From NCBI GenBank assembly GCA_047967505.1, contig CM106538.1: 64,000 nt of DNA. The stretch is one strand, 5' to 3'. The notes beneath the pieces are model-generated. The model saw only the letters and a program-made list of their open reading frames with translations. It was not told where the DNA came from and ran no database searches. The position numbers were made by a program, and so were the translations under genes. Below are positions 37,551 to 52,053 of the stretch, piece after piece. How positions within the stretch are numbered: position 1 is the stretch's first letter; every line of letters begins with the position of its first letter. Source of the stretch: Dipteris shenzhenensis. Taxonomy: Eukaryota.

Positions 37551-40339
37551 GGACAAACAACACCCTTTCAAGAACCTGCAAATTTGGCTAAGAAAACTAG
37601 GTTTATAGCTTTGTTTTCTTCAAAAGAGGTAACACATACACCTTTGGTTCACGATAACGAAACACAAACCTCTAGTCCGGGGACAAATAGCACATGCTAC
37701 ACACTTTCAAGGACATGGAGGTTTGATTGAGAAAATGGGATTGCAGCTCTAGCTAAAGAACCTATACATAAGATAGGACATGCAAAATTGCTTCAAGGAC
37801 TTGTAGATGTGGGTGATGTGGGTGATGTGGATGATGGCACTCAAGAACCTGAAGATGCAAAAATCTTAACTGCACATCAACTAAAGAAAATAGAAGATCA
37901 AGAAGCAAGGTCCAATGCGGTCAGGGTAAAGCCCCTCCAAAATAAACCATGACATCGAATGCAAAAGGTGAATAGTTTAAGAACCATTATACTAGTCGCA
38001 AGTACTAGAAAAATACATCACTTATCTACAAAAAAGGGTCAAAGGAAAGTTGAAGGAAAAGATTAGAATGTGCAGAGCAACAAAAACGAAATGACATCAA
38101 TGAAAACATTGAATCTTCGTCTCAATGAGGTGGTTATTGATGATGATCCATTTGGGAACACCTGCTCTACCCTATGAATGCCACCTCTGTGGGGACAGGA
38201 GGCCTCTATACTAATAGTAGGATGTTGGATAGATCCTTTGCTATAAAAAATTTTAATTCTTTGGTGGATGGAAAGACACCACCAGTACCATCAAATGTAG
38301 TGCTATGTTCAACCCTATTTATACCACACAAAATAGCTATGAATGAAGCTATCTATTTGATAGGGCCTAGACAGTTTCAAGAACTGTTCACCAACTTCCT
38401 TGGAGCAAAAGTTTTGGCTGTGGGTACATTTGGCATAGGCATAGATGGATACCTAATGATGAGGCAAAGAGATATATTTTAATGCACTAGAGATTTGAGT
38501 ATATCGATGGTCAACATTTTGCATATGCTTGTAAAAGAATGGCTAAAGATGCACTCCCAAATGAAAGAATTACACAAGCAATAGGGTTTCTCAATTTTAT
38601 GTCTTTACTGTAATGATATGTATCTTTGATTGTGAGTACAAATATCTGATTAAGTAAAAAAGACTCAATCATGATTCTATTGCCTTGTGAAATTATACCT
38701 CGACTTTCGAGATGTTGATGAAAGCGAGGACATTATGGAAAATATGTGGGCAGCTGATAACCACTCTCCAAAGAACTACCACTAAGAAAGAATTGGGAAC
38801 GCTCATTGCATTTTATACATGCCTAAGTTGTACCAAGGGCAAATCAAGGTAGAGATGAGGTGATGACAAGATTCTAGGTGGTAAGGGATAGATACCAGGA
38901 CTACACAAGTACTATATTTTGTCTTGATGATGTGTTTACCCAATCTTAGGGTTCTCAATGTAAATGGCATGATGAAGAGAAACTCATTGTAAATGATGAG
39001 GAGGTAGAGAATGACAAAGAGAACCTCAATTTTGGCCATCATGATGAGATAGAGAGTGATGAAGAATAATTGAATGATGTCAATGATGAGGATATAGAGA
39101 GTTCCTGTGATGAGGATGCAAAGATGACAGAGAGGATAGCAATGATGCCTCACAAGATGATGATGCATCACAACATTTCGTAAAGAGACCATGAAAACTC
39201 CTATAGTTATGAAACCTTAATCTTATCTTTGCTTTTGATATTTCTATAAATCCTATTTAAAGATAAAGACTCGTGCAATGTAGACCAAAAAAGAATGTAG
39301 CTTGCAATCAATATGTAGATTGTGGTATACCGTAACAATTGATTTACTAAGCTTGCACATTCAAATAATTTGATTGCAAAAGATAGCACAACAAAGACAA
39401 TGTTGTTGCAAGATCGTAGGCACGGTGGACTAATCAAAGGTAGAAAAACAGTCACATTTATACTTTCAATGGTTGTTCTATAGAGTTGCAAAAATCCTTC
39501 CCAGCTTCGATGCATTTACATAACGGTGTGCTACACGCACAAATCTAAAATGTGATCTACAAATTACTTGGGCAAAGATTCTATATGGCATGTGTAAATA
39601 ATTAGCTACTCTAGATATAAGTGCACGTTCATGATGGCAGAATACCTAGCATATTTGCAGTAGTATGTGCACAGTCTACGATTCGCAAAGAAAATTCATG
39701 CACATTACTCCATCTTTGAGTGTCGGAGAAAAAGAGAAGAAAAAAACAAAAGCACTACGACTCACCGACTACCTTCAACGTAAGCCTCCTTTGTAGAGCA
39801 AGCTTCAAAGCCCGTCCTAGAATCTTTCTTGCCACCTTGCCAATACTGCCTTTTTTCATGCCAATAGCTTCCTTAGAGACTAGCTTGGATGGCATGGCCA
39901 CTGCCCCACTGGATACCGTTGCAGTTTCGGTTTCACGTCATCGATGTCGGGTTCTTCTTCTCCAACTTCGCAAATGCCCTTCAACTTTGTGTCGCAAGCT
40001 ACGTCTTCTGTCTTCACCTCCACCAGAACTATCCTAGTGCCAGCACCACCTCTACAAACATGTTGGTGCTGCCAACAGATTAATTCTACTATAACTCACT
40101 GGGTTGGGTAAGAAGGCAGGACTGCACGAGGCTATGGCGTGGGCGACAAGGCATAATAAAAGCAGATAAGGAGGGTCAATGGGGCACCAACAAGAGAGGA
40201 AAGCACAATGATGGGTTGGAGAAGACTGTCAAGAAGAGATCGGGGTCTCGAAGGTTGGATGAAGCAATTGTCGCATGAGCTCTCTTCGGACTTGAAGAGG
40301 AGGGCGTCTACTGACATGGGCAAGATTTCTCAGGAGCTG

Positions 40340-40620
40340 AAACATATGTCAGTTGGTTCCATTAGATCTGCTATGACATTGGCTGCACCGGGATAGTAGA
40401 AGAATCGGCATCCATTCTTCTGAAACCGCTGACGAGCATTGGAATGAGCGATGCTTTGGCGGTTGTCTGATTGATGATGACTTTGCTTCCGAGGTAAATG
40501 TCGTAGCAAGTCCGGATAGCATTCATAAGCCTTTCTCCGTGCACTCACAAGGGCATAGAAGTAACAGCTGAAAGCAGCCTTTTGAGACGCAAAACCTCAA
40601 TGACTTTCATCGATCTAGCC
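40340..40620 (-). pseudogene. Fragment of a BIG-type (Sec7) ARF-GEF gene, N-terminal DCB region
   Basis: LKRLLSAVTSMPL*VHGERLMNAIRTCYDIYLGSKVIINQTTAKASLIPMLVSGFRRMDADSSTIPVQP resembles plant BIG2/BIG3; carries a stop and a frameshift. Confidence 0.8.
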
Positions 40621-42173
40621 TCGCACGCAACGACTAAAATGAAGACAGCGTCGTCTGCAAGGAAGCAGCCAGAGCCAAAAGCTTGCCATCGGTGGTTCTC
40701 GGAGTCAATCAGCGAGGCAAATTATGGATGAACCTCCTTTCAAAACTTCCCAAGTGCCCAGGAATCGCAAGGTCCACGTCAGGAGCAAAGTATGGCTTGG
40801 AGGGGCTTCGGTTCTCATCAGCAAGAGCACAATCACTACAAATGCTTCAAAGCTTCTATTTAGTTAACTTATGGATGGATGGAAGCACACGAAGAGAAGC
40901 GGAAATCGTGGACGGAGGGAGTGATCTAGGGAAGAAGGCATTGATTACGAGACGAAAAAATAATTGTGCCTAGTGAACAACAAAAGTACTCGAGCACATA
41001 ACACAACGGAAGCTCTCAATCACAGCAGCAACAATAAGAAGGGCGATGATGGTGCATGCGCAGAAGCATTCGGATCGATTTCACTCCTCACCTTTGCAGT
41101 CAGAGTTCGCCTCATCATGGTAGAACTCATACACCTCTTCCGAAAAGTCTATCACGATCGAAATAATATACGATTTAGAATGAAATTGAAGTTCAAAACA
41201 CAAAGGGAAGGAAGTTACGAATCAACGCAGTAGTCACCTCCTCGGAATGCAGAGCTCTCAATATCCATCGTCTCGTTGGAGACACCCATTGCAAAAAAGG
41301 CAGCACATAGAGAAAACACGCTCGTCCTTCATCTTTATCCTGTTCCTCCAGCGCTATATTTAGACAGAGTAAACGATGCTCTGTGTCATGCCCTTCGAAA
41401 CGAACTTCCACTTCCGAATTGGCATCCCAAAATTGGTGTGGCAAAGTCATATGGCATTCTCATGCCCCATCTCTTCCTAACCTCAGTGACACTTGCAAAG
41501 CCACACGTCCTTGCTATGCAGCGACTCACAGTACCGCCAATCACAAACTAGGAGTTCCAGCCAATGGGAAATAAAAGTGCGAAAATTTGTTCAAAATTAA
41601 TTTTGGTTTTCCTTAGCAATAGCGCCTTTACAATAGCCTACCCCATCGAGGGCAAGCCAAAAATTTGCAAGTGCTCTAGAAAAACCTTCAGAATTTTGGA
41701 AGCTCAAGTTTTTGTGATTTATTTGAGGACACGGATTAGGACTTGTATACTAACATTAGATTAGGATTAGGACTTGTATTAACATTAGATTAGGACTTGT
41801 ATTAACATTAGTCTGCCGGGAACCTCGTGCTTTTCTTGTTTTCCCAAAGGTAATTTACAGTGTACAGTGTGCAATTGGGTCTCTTTACAGAAGGCATTTC
41901 AGGGTGGAGATCGATCTCTTAGAGACGTCTTTCTCTGCTATTGCTCAAGAATCGACATCCCTCAGCCAATTCGTTGCCCAGGTTTCTCTACCAAGTCTCT
42001 TGATCTGATGCTAACCTTCTTGTTGCTTTCAAGATTCCCGATTTTTGGGATGCTCGATGATTGCTCTGTAGCTTGCAGTCGTCGTTAATTCTCTGTTTGT
42101 GTCGAGCCCGATGAGCTCCTCTCACCATAGTTTCCTTCGGCAGGGAATCGCCCGACTTCTTGGATGATCCTAG

Positions 42174-43040
42174 ATGGCAGACTGCCCGCCTTATTTTGGT
42201 GGTTGTTTCCACTCTTGCAAGCTTGCTGGGTTGGCGCTTCTGCTTGCAGCTGCTATTATATTGCAGATACTGGTTCGCAGTCTTACTCATAAAATTTCCC
42301 ACTAAATGAAGAATCATTTTCGTTGTGTCTACAGGAGCTTCTTCGTCCTTGTAAATTAATAGTTTTTTAATCTCTCAAGCAAGCTGACTACCGTGAAGCT
42401 GGCAGAAGACTTAAGATGTAGATCTGAACAGGCGTTTCAATCCTTTTAACTGACCACTTCTAATGCGTTGATAGAATTATTGCAGGCATGCGCACTTTAC
42501 CATAACTGGTGGCCCATGTTGACTGGTATGCCATCCGCATGGAATTATCTGCAGCTCATTTGGAATGTGTTGCGAATTTCTTTGTTGAACATGGTCAACT
42601 TATGAACACACTTCATCGTTTTGATACAGTGATTATGTACGTTCTGTTACCCATGCCTTTTTTGTTCTTCAGAGGTGGTTCTACAGACATATTGAGTTCT
42701 GACTCGGGAGAGTATGTTTCTACGAGCTATCTTGCCATTGGTGTTCTTCTATGTTGTTTTGGTTTCCAATCTGATTATCGTCAGCAGTCTTGACTTGTTC
42801 AGAGGATCTTTTGTATTGCATAGCGTGTTGATGATTCTCTTGCATGATGACAGCTGGGCAGATGCTGCAAAGTTTCTGACTGGATTTTCTGCAATTGGAA
42901 GTATTGCTATCCCATCGATCTTGTACCATGCCCAGCTCATCAGGGCAGCTGCAATGTGCTTGGCCTTTGCATCTTTCTTTGTTCTTGTTTTGACTATATT
43001 TCTTTTTTATCAGACACTAAAAGGAGATGATGACTGGTAA
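42174..43040 (+). CDS. VPS55: Vacuolar protein sorting 55 (Vps55/LEPROT family), 135 aa; exons 42174-42272, 42486-42525, 42630-42711, 42854-43040
   Basis: Spliced GT-AG reading frame MADCPPYFGGCFHSCKLAGLALLLAAAIILQIL-ACALYHNWWPMLT-VIMYVLLPMPFLFF..-DWADAAKFLTGFSAIGSIAIPSILYHA; 408 nt, no internal stops. Confidence 0.93.
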
Positions 43041-46000
43041 TTTTATCACTTCTCATGATTTTGCCAGTATCATGATCCAAATTAACAAATATGCTCAAGC
43101 AAGAGTCTGTGGTGAGAATTGCCTAGCGGTTTGAGTCAGGGGGCAACCTGAAAAAGTTTTGTGTGCAGCAATCACAACCCAAAAAGTTGGGTCATTCTTT
43201 GATTTACTAAAATTCTTTTGGCAATCAGGGTTATGAATCTTTGTTATGCTCCTATGGGATATGTTTATTCAAGCTTTGAAAACAATGCTTACTTCCTCTG
43301 ATACATATACATGTATTCATTCTGATTTCCACCTACACCTAGCAGCTACGTGAGGTTATATGAAGAATACTAAGTGTATGTTTAAAGTCTCATGATTTCT
43401 TGTGATTTTACAACTTACATGGTAAGCATGGACATGATGGCATGGTTTGCGTGATACTCAGGGCATGCCACGTATGTGAGTGCCCCTAGTATCATGCCAT
43501 GTCCTGTCGTTTCATTTCAGGTTTACATTAGAATGTGGGATTGACCAGGCTCTGGACACAATGATTGTGATTGTGGTTGAGTGACATTGTCATGTGCGCG
43601 GAGGCTACCTTCGATAGAAAAAGACAATGCCTCTTTTTTTCTTTATCTTTTTTTTTTGGGGAGAAGAAGGGGGGGGGACGGGGTAATTCCAAGAGCAAGT
43701 TGATGGTTGGACCAGTAGTTTGTGTCCAGCTTAGCTCTTGAGTGGTTGGTGTTTGTGTTTTTTGGGAAGTCATGTTTTGCCTGGTGGATCACAGGAAGCT
43801 TCTGATTTGCCATGTTGTGAAATGAGGCCATATAAAGCTGCGCGCACTGAGGCAGAGACCTTTTCCTGCACAGCTGCCATTGTCGCCAAGGTGCCCTTGA
43901 TGTTGCAGGTTCAAGCACCTAAGATGCCCTTTGTTTTGACTGTCTGTAAATCGTGCCATCTTTGAAGACACTTGCCCTTGCTGACTTGTATTGCTCCTCA
44001 ACTTTCTTTTCCTATCAATACTCGTTTTCTATGTGAAGGATTCTTTCTGTAGAAGATGTTACATGTCTCATACATGACAACCACATGCTGATCGGACTTC
44101 CTGGGTGGCCTGATAAGCGGTTGTGTAGCCTTGGTGCTTTCATGTGCTCATATGGGATGCTTACATCAGTGAAATGCTAGGATTTTGAAATGTCTGTGCT
44201 AAATGATGGTTGCTTAATGGGATAGTTCAAATATTGCATTTTGAAATGTCTGTGCTAATTGATAGTTGCTTAATGGGATAGTTCAAATATTGCATTTGTG
44301 TTCATATGCTTACCTGGAAATAGAATACCGTCTCTTACCCTTGAGTAAGTCCCCCTACTCAATGAAAAGTTAGCTTTAGTGGATGTGAAAGGTGACAAAA
44401 TTAAGGCAAGGTACGGGGGGAGGACAAAATACCTCTTGCCTCTCCTGTCATGTCCCTTCCCCTCAGCCTCTGCTGTCGGCTTTACTTGTTGCTCATTCAT
44501 CCATCTTCTCCCATTGGTGCTCCCCACTTCTGAGCCTCTGCAGCTCAGCAACCAATCCCCCCCCACCCCCCTGCCCGCAGGCGAGCCTTTCCTCCTAGGC
44601 TTTAAGATTTGTGTTTTTAAGTAGAGCGATTAAGATCGTCTTGCGTTGAAAGTGAAGAAAGAGAAATGATGACAATTGAATAGCTTTCAAGTGTCCTGCT
44701 TGTAGAGAATAATAAAAGGCAGCTCTTTATTGTCTGAGTCAATGTTTTCATGATCCATAATGTGTAGCAATTTGATTATAGAACAATGAGCAAATGCATG
44801 TGAGCAGAACTGTTTTTGGGAAAATGTGGGAGGGGTAAACCAATAAGCTGTCTACCCCCAAGGCATGCCTGAATGTGAGGCGGAAAGGGTGCAAGCCGAT
44901 GAGGTTGGGATAGGGTTTTGGACTTGTTTACACATGATCTTGAAAAACAATGTTTTTTGGGAAGTAAGGTCAAGATATGTTGCCTCACTATGAATGGCAT
45001 TTTATGCTTTAGATTGTTGTGTTAGTATTTTTTAACAATTCATACATCAACATTATGCATTCATCATAATGTAAAAAGAATAAGACATACATTGGATGAG
45101 AGAAGGTGCTTTTATTAAAAGTGATTAGTATGTTGGTTTATGTTTGACCTTTGTTAACCCTCGAAACGGGTTAGAGAAATTTATATTTGGCGTATCTATC
45201 TATTTGAGGCTTATTTGACATGCACCCATGAATACCTCTAAGATAAGTAATATTGTAAATCTACAAGCCATTTTAGCTAAAGTATAACTGGTGATCAATT
45301 GTCACCGGTGAGCAATGGTCGCTAGTGTTAGGAGATGTGTTTTTGTGTCTATTTGCATTACCCTACTCCAATGTCTATGATGTTACTCTTGGAAGTCGTT
45401 CTTGGGTGCAAGTGGACAAGGGGTGACTTGACAGAACCTCATATGATGCACACTTTCAAATTAATCATGAAATGAACAACAGAAGAGGTTTCAGAATCAA
45501 CTAGTCATCAAAATGAATAAGAGCCTGCTTAGTGAATGCTCCATGTGTACCCCACTCAAACACAAAACACTAACTTATAGGCTACCAAGTCTCCATCACC
45601 AACCCAAAATCCTATCCAAGATCTACATCCTCCAACCAACTTGATATTCAAATCCCAACACTACCACTCAACATGAAACTAGAGGAGCATCGCCAAATGA
45701 TATATGAAATGAGAGAAGCCTTTATCTACAGGGTTATTACAAGGTTTTGAATGTACTATAAGACATGGTATTAATTGGACACACTACATTACATAAGGAG
45801 AGTAGTGTATTGATTGAGGAAGATGACTCTATGAAGTTGCTTGACCTCCTCAAACTCCATATACCTTAGACCTTGGCCATCCTCATATAATGACCAAGTG
45901 ATTTGTACTTGGATATAATCGGCTAAGATTCGGCTTCCATGAACATGCTTGGGTTTCTCAGCATACCGTACCTCCTTTTGTGAAAAAGCACATAGCTCTA

Positions 46001-46400
46001 AACGAGGACACAATCCAACGCTATAAGCACACATCAAAGAGAAGATGAGAGAGATCACATACATACCAAATGTACACTCTCACATAACCAAAAAGATGAA
46101 GATGATACACAATATACGGAACACTAGGTGGATTGCCCTAAGTCCATAAGGACTATTCACACAAGGCCTTGGGATCCCTCCAGAGAACTCTATGGTCCTA
46201 ACTATCTACCCATCTATACCTCATAAGAACATATATTCAACCATATATACATAGGTGAGACCAGCCCAATGACCCATATACTTCAACTCCAAGGTCCACA
46301 TCCATCCATTTTGGCATTCAGAAGGCATCAATTTTTGGGGGAGCATAACTTTTTGCTCAAGACCCCAAATCCAAGGCAATTCTGGGTCATCAGAAATTCC

Positions 46401-47600
46401 ATGGGCAAATTTCGTGTGCCTGTGTTTGATGGAAACAACTTCCACATCTGGAAATGTTGCATAAAGAATCTGTTTGCCAGAAGGAAGTTGTGGATATTTG
46501 TTTATGGCAAAGTGACAACTCTAGGGGAGAATGCACGCAAGCACAAAGGATGCCTATGATGAGTTGAATCCAAAGTAATGGATATTTTTACAATATGCCT
46601 AAAGAACACATTGTTTGCCCAAGTGATGCATTTGATTAGGCATTTGAGGTGTGGACAATGTTGACGTCCATTTATAAGGTCAAGCATTGGTCACACGCCT
46701 GAATTTGAAGACACAGTTGGCAAATCTTCATATCAAAGAAGGTGATGCCTTGCTGGAACATCTGAACAAGATGAAGCTTCTCAAGGACAGACTGACTAAG
46801 GATGGCTTTGATATGGATGATGTGGAGTCGGTGGAAAGGATACTAAAGAGTTTACTCCTATCCTTTGAGAGCCTCAAGGTGGTAGTGAGACACGGCTATC
46901 AAGTCAGATGAAAAGGATTGAGGGATAACCATGTTGAAGGTGCACTGGTGGCAAATATGTGCAATATGAAATTCAAAGGAAAGAAGCCTAAGAGGAATGC
47001 ATAGCGGGGTGAAAGTTAAAAGTCCAAGCCTAGACATCACAAGAAGAATCAAAGCGAACAAAGATAGCAGTCTTTGGTAAGCAGAAGGCCTATGCAAAGA
47101 GCAAAGTAAAATGCTATGAATGTGACAAGTTGGGTCACATTGCAAGAGAATGCCATAGCAAGCAAAAGGCCAGACCTAGGAACAATGGTAACAAAACAAG
47201 GAGGGCACATGATGCAATAGAAGTTGTTTATGCTTCCAATGGGTCAAAAAGGGGTAATGCCTAAAGAAGAATGTGTTGTGCAAGGAAAAGGATGCCGATT
47301 GTCACAGACAGGTTGTGCAACGATGTATATGCCAAGGGCATCAAATTATGCGCACCATTGAGTGAATTAAAGAAAATTGATCGACATGTGTAAATATTGG
47401 ATTTAGATGCATCACAACAACATATGTGTTGCTGATGTGATTGGTTCATCTAGGAGATAATCATCCACTTCTAGCCAAAGGAATTGGTGATGTACTAGTT
47501 TAGCTTCCAAATGTGAAGAAAAAGTTCATTTTTGATGTTCTTTATGTGCCAAGACTTGCCATGATTTTACTGTCAGTTATCCAATGTGCTAATTAGAAGA
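46401..47600 (+). mobile_element. Copia D gag-protease remnant
   Basis: FDGNNFHIWK, RLNLKTQLANLHIKEGD, CYECDKLGHIAREC knuckle and DVLYVPRL. Confidence 0.85.
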
Positions 47601-47639
47601 TTAGAACGCTCTTGACCCCCATGAGAGTATCAAGTTGAC

Positions 47640-48359
47640 TATAGAGTTCTATTGGCGTTTGTTCTAGGTAGAGGAGAAGTCCCCCTAGTGATCTTATCGT
47701 CAGAGAGATTGTCTAGAAGCACATTCCACCTGTGGTATCGTAGAGCATGGGCAGACAACTAGATCTTCCTTTCAAAGATTAGGAGATCTTTGAGGCTCTT
47801 AGGGTCCTACCACTATAGAAGTGCCCCAAAGAGGATGCCTTTACACCAACTTTCTTCAAGTGCTTCTAGGAGCACACCTACACTCCTCTTTGAATAGCTT
47901 TCCAGGAGATCTTCGATATAGGCTTGCATCCTCTGTCTTTAAGTAGATGGTGGATTTGTTTGATCTCAAAGGGGGGAGATTGAGTGGACCTTTGGCAATG
48001 GAGGCCGATCACCCAGTTGGACATAGCCTACAAGATCTTGGCTAAGGTCTTGAGTCTACAACTAGGGTCTCATTTGGTGGACATCATTCATGATAGTCAG
48101 ACAGGGTCGTCCAAAAATGTGGCATCTTGGACAACATTTTCACTTTTTTGGGAGGCTTTAGAATAGGTCCAAGAGGAGTCACACCCTCTCGCTATCCTAC
48201 TCCTAGATTTCAATGAGAAGGCATACGACGGGGTGGACTGGCCCTTCCTAGAGGGCACTATGCATCGGTTAGACTTCTCTTAGAGGTGGATTAGGGGGTT
48301 CTCATCCCTTTACGTAGGTAGCTCGAGTCAGATGCTTATTGATTGTCATATAGGCAAGG

Positions 48360-48432
<73 letters not shown>

Positions 48433-51000
48433 GCCCAATCCTTTCCCTTTTTGTGGTAGAGGCTTTGGGTTATTTTTTACAGTGATAGGCCAGGGACCTT
48501 ACAGGGATGAGATTCCCAATCTAGTAGGAGGAGGAGTTGCTGCATTTAGAGTCTACAAACAATAATACTATAAGTGGAGGGCTCCGTAGAGGCTAGAGGC
48601 GGTAAGGAGGGCTTCGTAGATGCTGGAGGTGGTTAGGAGGGCTCTAGCCACACATCTAGAGCTAGGATTAATTGGGCCAAATCAGTGGGTTTCCTTACAG
48701 CATTGAGAAGGTCCAGGAATTATGAGATTGGGAGGTAGCCCTTGGTTTCAAATGGATTTCATGCTCATTTCATGGGGACAAACAATGAGATATTTGGGTT
48801 GCTAGGTGGGCATAGACATCACAACGGAGCAACATACATATATAATTTGAGTATGGTGCAAGATTCTCTATTAGAGCTCGACCAGACTCTCTTCAGCTGG
48901 GAGGGCATTAGTGGTGAACTAGATACTTCTCACCATAGCTTGGTACATCGCATCTTGTTGGTGATTTCACATGGGCTATATGTGGTAGCTAAGGCACCTA
49001 GAACAAAACTTCCTTTGGGCAAGCTCGGATGGTACCCAAAACACTCGAGCCAGGGTGGCATGGCAGACTATGATTTTGCCACAATCCCAGGGAGGCCTCA
49101 ACATCATTGATCTTGAGATGCAGAATAGAGCTCTCCTAGGCAAGCTACTAGTGAGAGGTCTCATCTAGGATTTGAGCCCTAGAAGCCTTGGAAGCCCTTG
49201 ATGCAGCGCGATCTTCCCAAGAACACCCCTTGCATAGGTGGTCAGTTGCATATCTTTTCAACTGTGCCTCTCATAGGGAAGGGATCCCCCTTAATAAGAA
49301 GCCTTCTTATAGTCTAAAAGCACTTGTTGCTTGGTGTTATTTGGGCCACTCCCACTTGCAGGGAGGAGTTCGATAGGCAACCACTCATGTGTCACCTAGA
49401 GGTTCAAGATTCAAAGGGACGCATGCTTGGGCAACATACACATATCGCTTGGGCACAATGGGATAGTGGCCCTGCATGATCCTTTGGGACCTAGAGGCAA
49501 CTTCTAATGGAGGATAAGGACAGGGATCAAGTACTCTTGCACATGAGAGGAGCGAAAGCCAAGGCAAGAGAGATAGATGTAACAATCTTGGAATCATGGT
49601 GGCAGGGACTTAGCACCACTTGGACATTAAATTGCTGGTCTGGGAAGTTCGCTCAAATGGGAGTGCCTCTCAGGGTATAGTTCCTTAAGCAGACTCTAGG
49701 GTGCTTTCACTGCTATAGGTACTATAGGGTAGGCTAGGCAATCCTTCTGACTACAAAGCTAGAGGGAGATTGTGGCACAAGGAGGCTTTGGATGGGCTTG
49801 CCTAGCAGAGGATTAGGGTCATGGGTCGATTGGGAAAGATTTGGTGTATCAATCTAGATTCAGTTCTTTTGGACTAAGAGGGAGTCTTTATGAGGGGCAC
49901 GCTCTTAGGGATGTCTAGTGGGATGTAGGATAGTGGTTTTTGGCCTGCTTGAGTAGGGCACATAAACAAGGTGGAGGAGGTTCCCTTATTCTCATATATG
50001 ACCCTGATCAGACGATGCTTGCATGGAACCCCTTGAGGGAGCACCACTAGGTTAAGCAAGAGGTCCCCAAAGAGATCATACCCCGATTTTGGTCACACCT
50101 TTGGTCCAGCCTGTGACCATGGAAGATTTCCTATTTCTTTATGATGATAGCACATGCAGGCCCATTGCCCCCTCATTGGACTAGGTGCAATTGTATGGCA
50201 GATGCCATTGTTGCACTGATGGAGTTACTGAGGTGATTCCTCACTGCCTTTGGGGATGCCTCGTAGTGCACAGGACCTAGTCAACAGCTTTGAGAATCAT
50301 AGTGAGCACCCAATCGATGGAGCTTGACTTCATGTGGGGGATGGTTGCATGGCTCACAAAGGGGGGGTGTGCTTGGAGGCAGTAGCATGGACCCCCTCAA
50401 GGGAGCACCCCACGGGGTTAAGCAAGAGGTCCCCAAAGAATATGTACCCCACTTCTGGTCACGCTAGGTTGCGACCATGCATGATTTCCTATTTCTTCTG
50501 GATGATAGCACTTAGAGGCTTGCCCATTGCCCCCTCATTGAACTAGATGTGGGTGGATGGAAGATGTCAGTGATACATTGATGGAGTGATTGAGACGACT
50601 CCTCACTGTCTTTGGGGATGCCTAGCAGTGTAGAGGACTTGGTCAATAGCTTTGAGAATTGTAGTGAGCACCTAACGGATGGAGCACGACTTCATGTGGG
50701 GGATGGTTGCTAGGCTCATAGAGGGAGAGCATGAATTTTTTATCAACCCTAGCGATCCAAGCTTTCAGATTCATAGCCAAACAATGGCCAAGATAGAGGC
50801 CCATGTGGCAATACCTCCGAGACGTGGTCACCCTGCTCTCTTAATAGAGGATAATGTGTGCATGGCACATTTGGGTTGCCCATTGCAATTTGGTGATGGG
50901 AGGCCAATAGATTACTCTGATGGCCACTCTTATCGCCATTCGGTAGGACATCATCTACATTCTGCAACCTATTTGGGAGCATAAATTGTCTGCCAAAAGG
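47640..51000 (+). mobile_element. L1-clade LINE ORF2 remnant (RT and duplicated zf-RVT region)
   Basis: WRPITQLDIAYKILAKVL, LLLDF..KAYDGVDWPFL; near-duplicate segments at about 50020-50340 and 50385-50710. Confidence 0.8.
48363..48431. repeat. (CT)n microsatellite within the LINE
   Basis: Directly visible. Confidence 0.98.
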
Positions 51001-51020
51001 CAAGAGCATTTTGGCATGCA

Positions 51021-52053
51021 TTTTTTTTCTGAGAAAATTACTTCATTAAGTATGAATGAAAACACATGAGAGCAAGCTCAAAATGCGGGAGTACATCATG
51101 CAATGCATGAGGAAAAAAACAACTCAAAAAGAGCTAATAAAAAACCAAGGCAAAGGCTAAAGATGCCACCTCAACCCTGAGGGAGACTTAGAGAAAAAAG
51201 GAGATCCTCTCCAAACTCTGAAAAAGTAACTCTCTTAGTAGTGGCTGATCTCGAGGATCCCTACATGCTCACCCATATGATCATCAGAGTGTGTACTGTG
51301 TCAGTCCAAATACTGGCCATAGCCTGGGAAGGGTGAACCTGGATACCCTCCATCACCTCTGTACACCTGGCTCTCCAAATATGCAAAGCTTCAATGCTAG
51401 CCATAATCTCCCAAGAAGTGTCTACTGAGGCATGAGTAGCTCTAAAAGGAGTGAAGGGAACATCCTAGAGGGAACAAGACTCCACTAAGTGTCACTATAC
51501 AATGAGAGCTGGATCTAAATCATGTCCCTCAAGAAACACCTAAGGGCTAGTAAGTGATAACCAAGCTATTGAACCCTAGGTCATATAGAAAGGTGTTGTA
51601 TGAGAGATAATAAAAATCCTAGCAACACCTTTCCAGATCGTCCTCGCCTGTCTGCACTCCCAAAGGCAATGCTGTACTAACTCAACTACAATGTGGCAAT
51701 GAGGACAAGTAGGGTCAGCCCCGAACCTGGATCTCCACAAGTCCACTGCAATCCCTCCATGAATAGAAATCCAAAAGAAAAGATTGATCTTTCTATTCCT
51801 AAGGTATTTCCACAGCCCATGCCAAAAGTTTTTGCACACAATTGCGAAAACTTGAAAACTATCTCGATGAGGTGCTCTGGAGGGCCTCCAACCTCTACTA
51901 CTGAGCTAAAATCTTCGGGCATTTCTGATTGTATAGCGAAAGAAGGGGAAGCTCTTCTCTAGGTGGCCCTCATCAATCCATCCCACTCCCCTAGGTCCCA
52001 CTACAAGAACCTAATAGGGTAACCGCCATATAACCAACATTTTTTGCATTTTC
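51021..52053 (-). mobile_element. LINE 3' end (zf-RVT and short poly-A)
   Basis: KINLFFWISIHGGIAV..TCPHC..ELVQHCLWECRQARTIW; A-tail appears as a T-run at 51021. Confidence 0.85.

Noticed and set aside
51999-52009. CACTACAAGAA as the left end of the CACTA element
   Set aside because: It lies within minus-strand LINE coding sequence (FL*WDLGEW), has no subterminal repeats, and shows no matching TSD.
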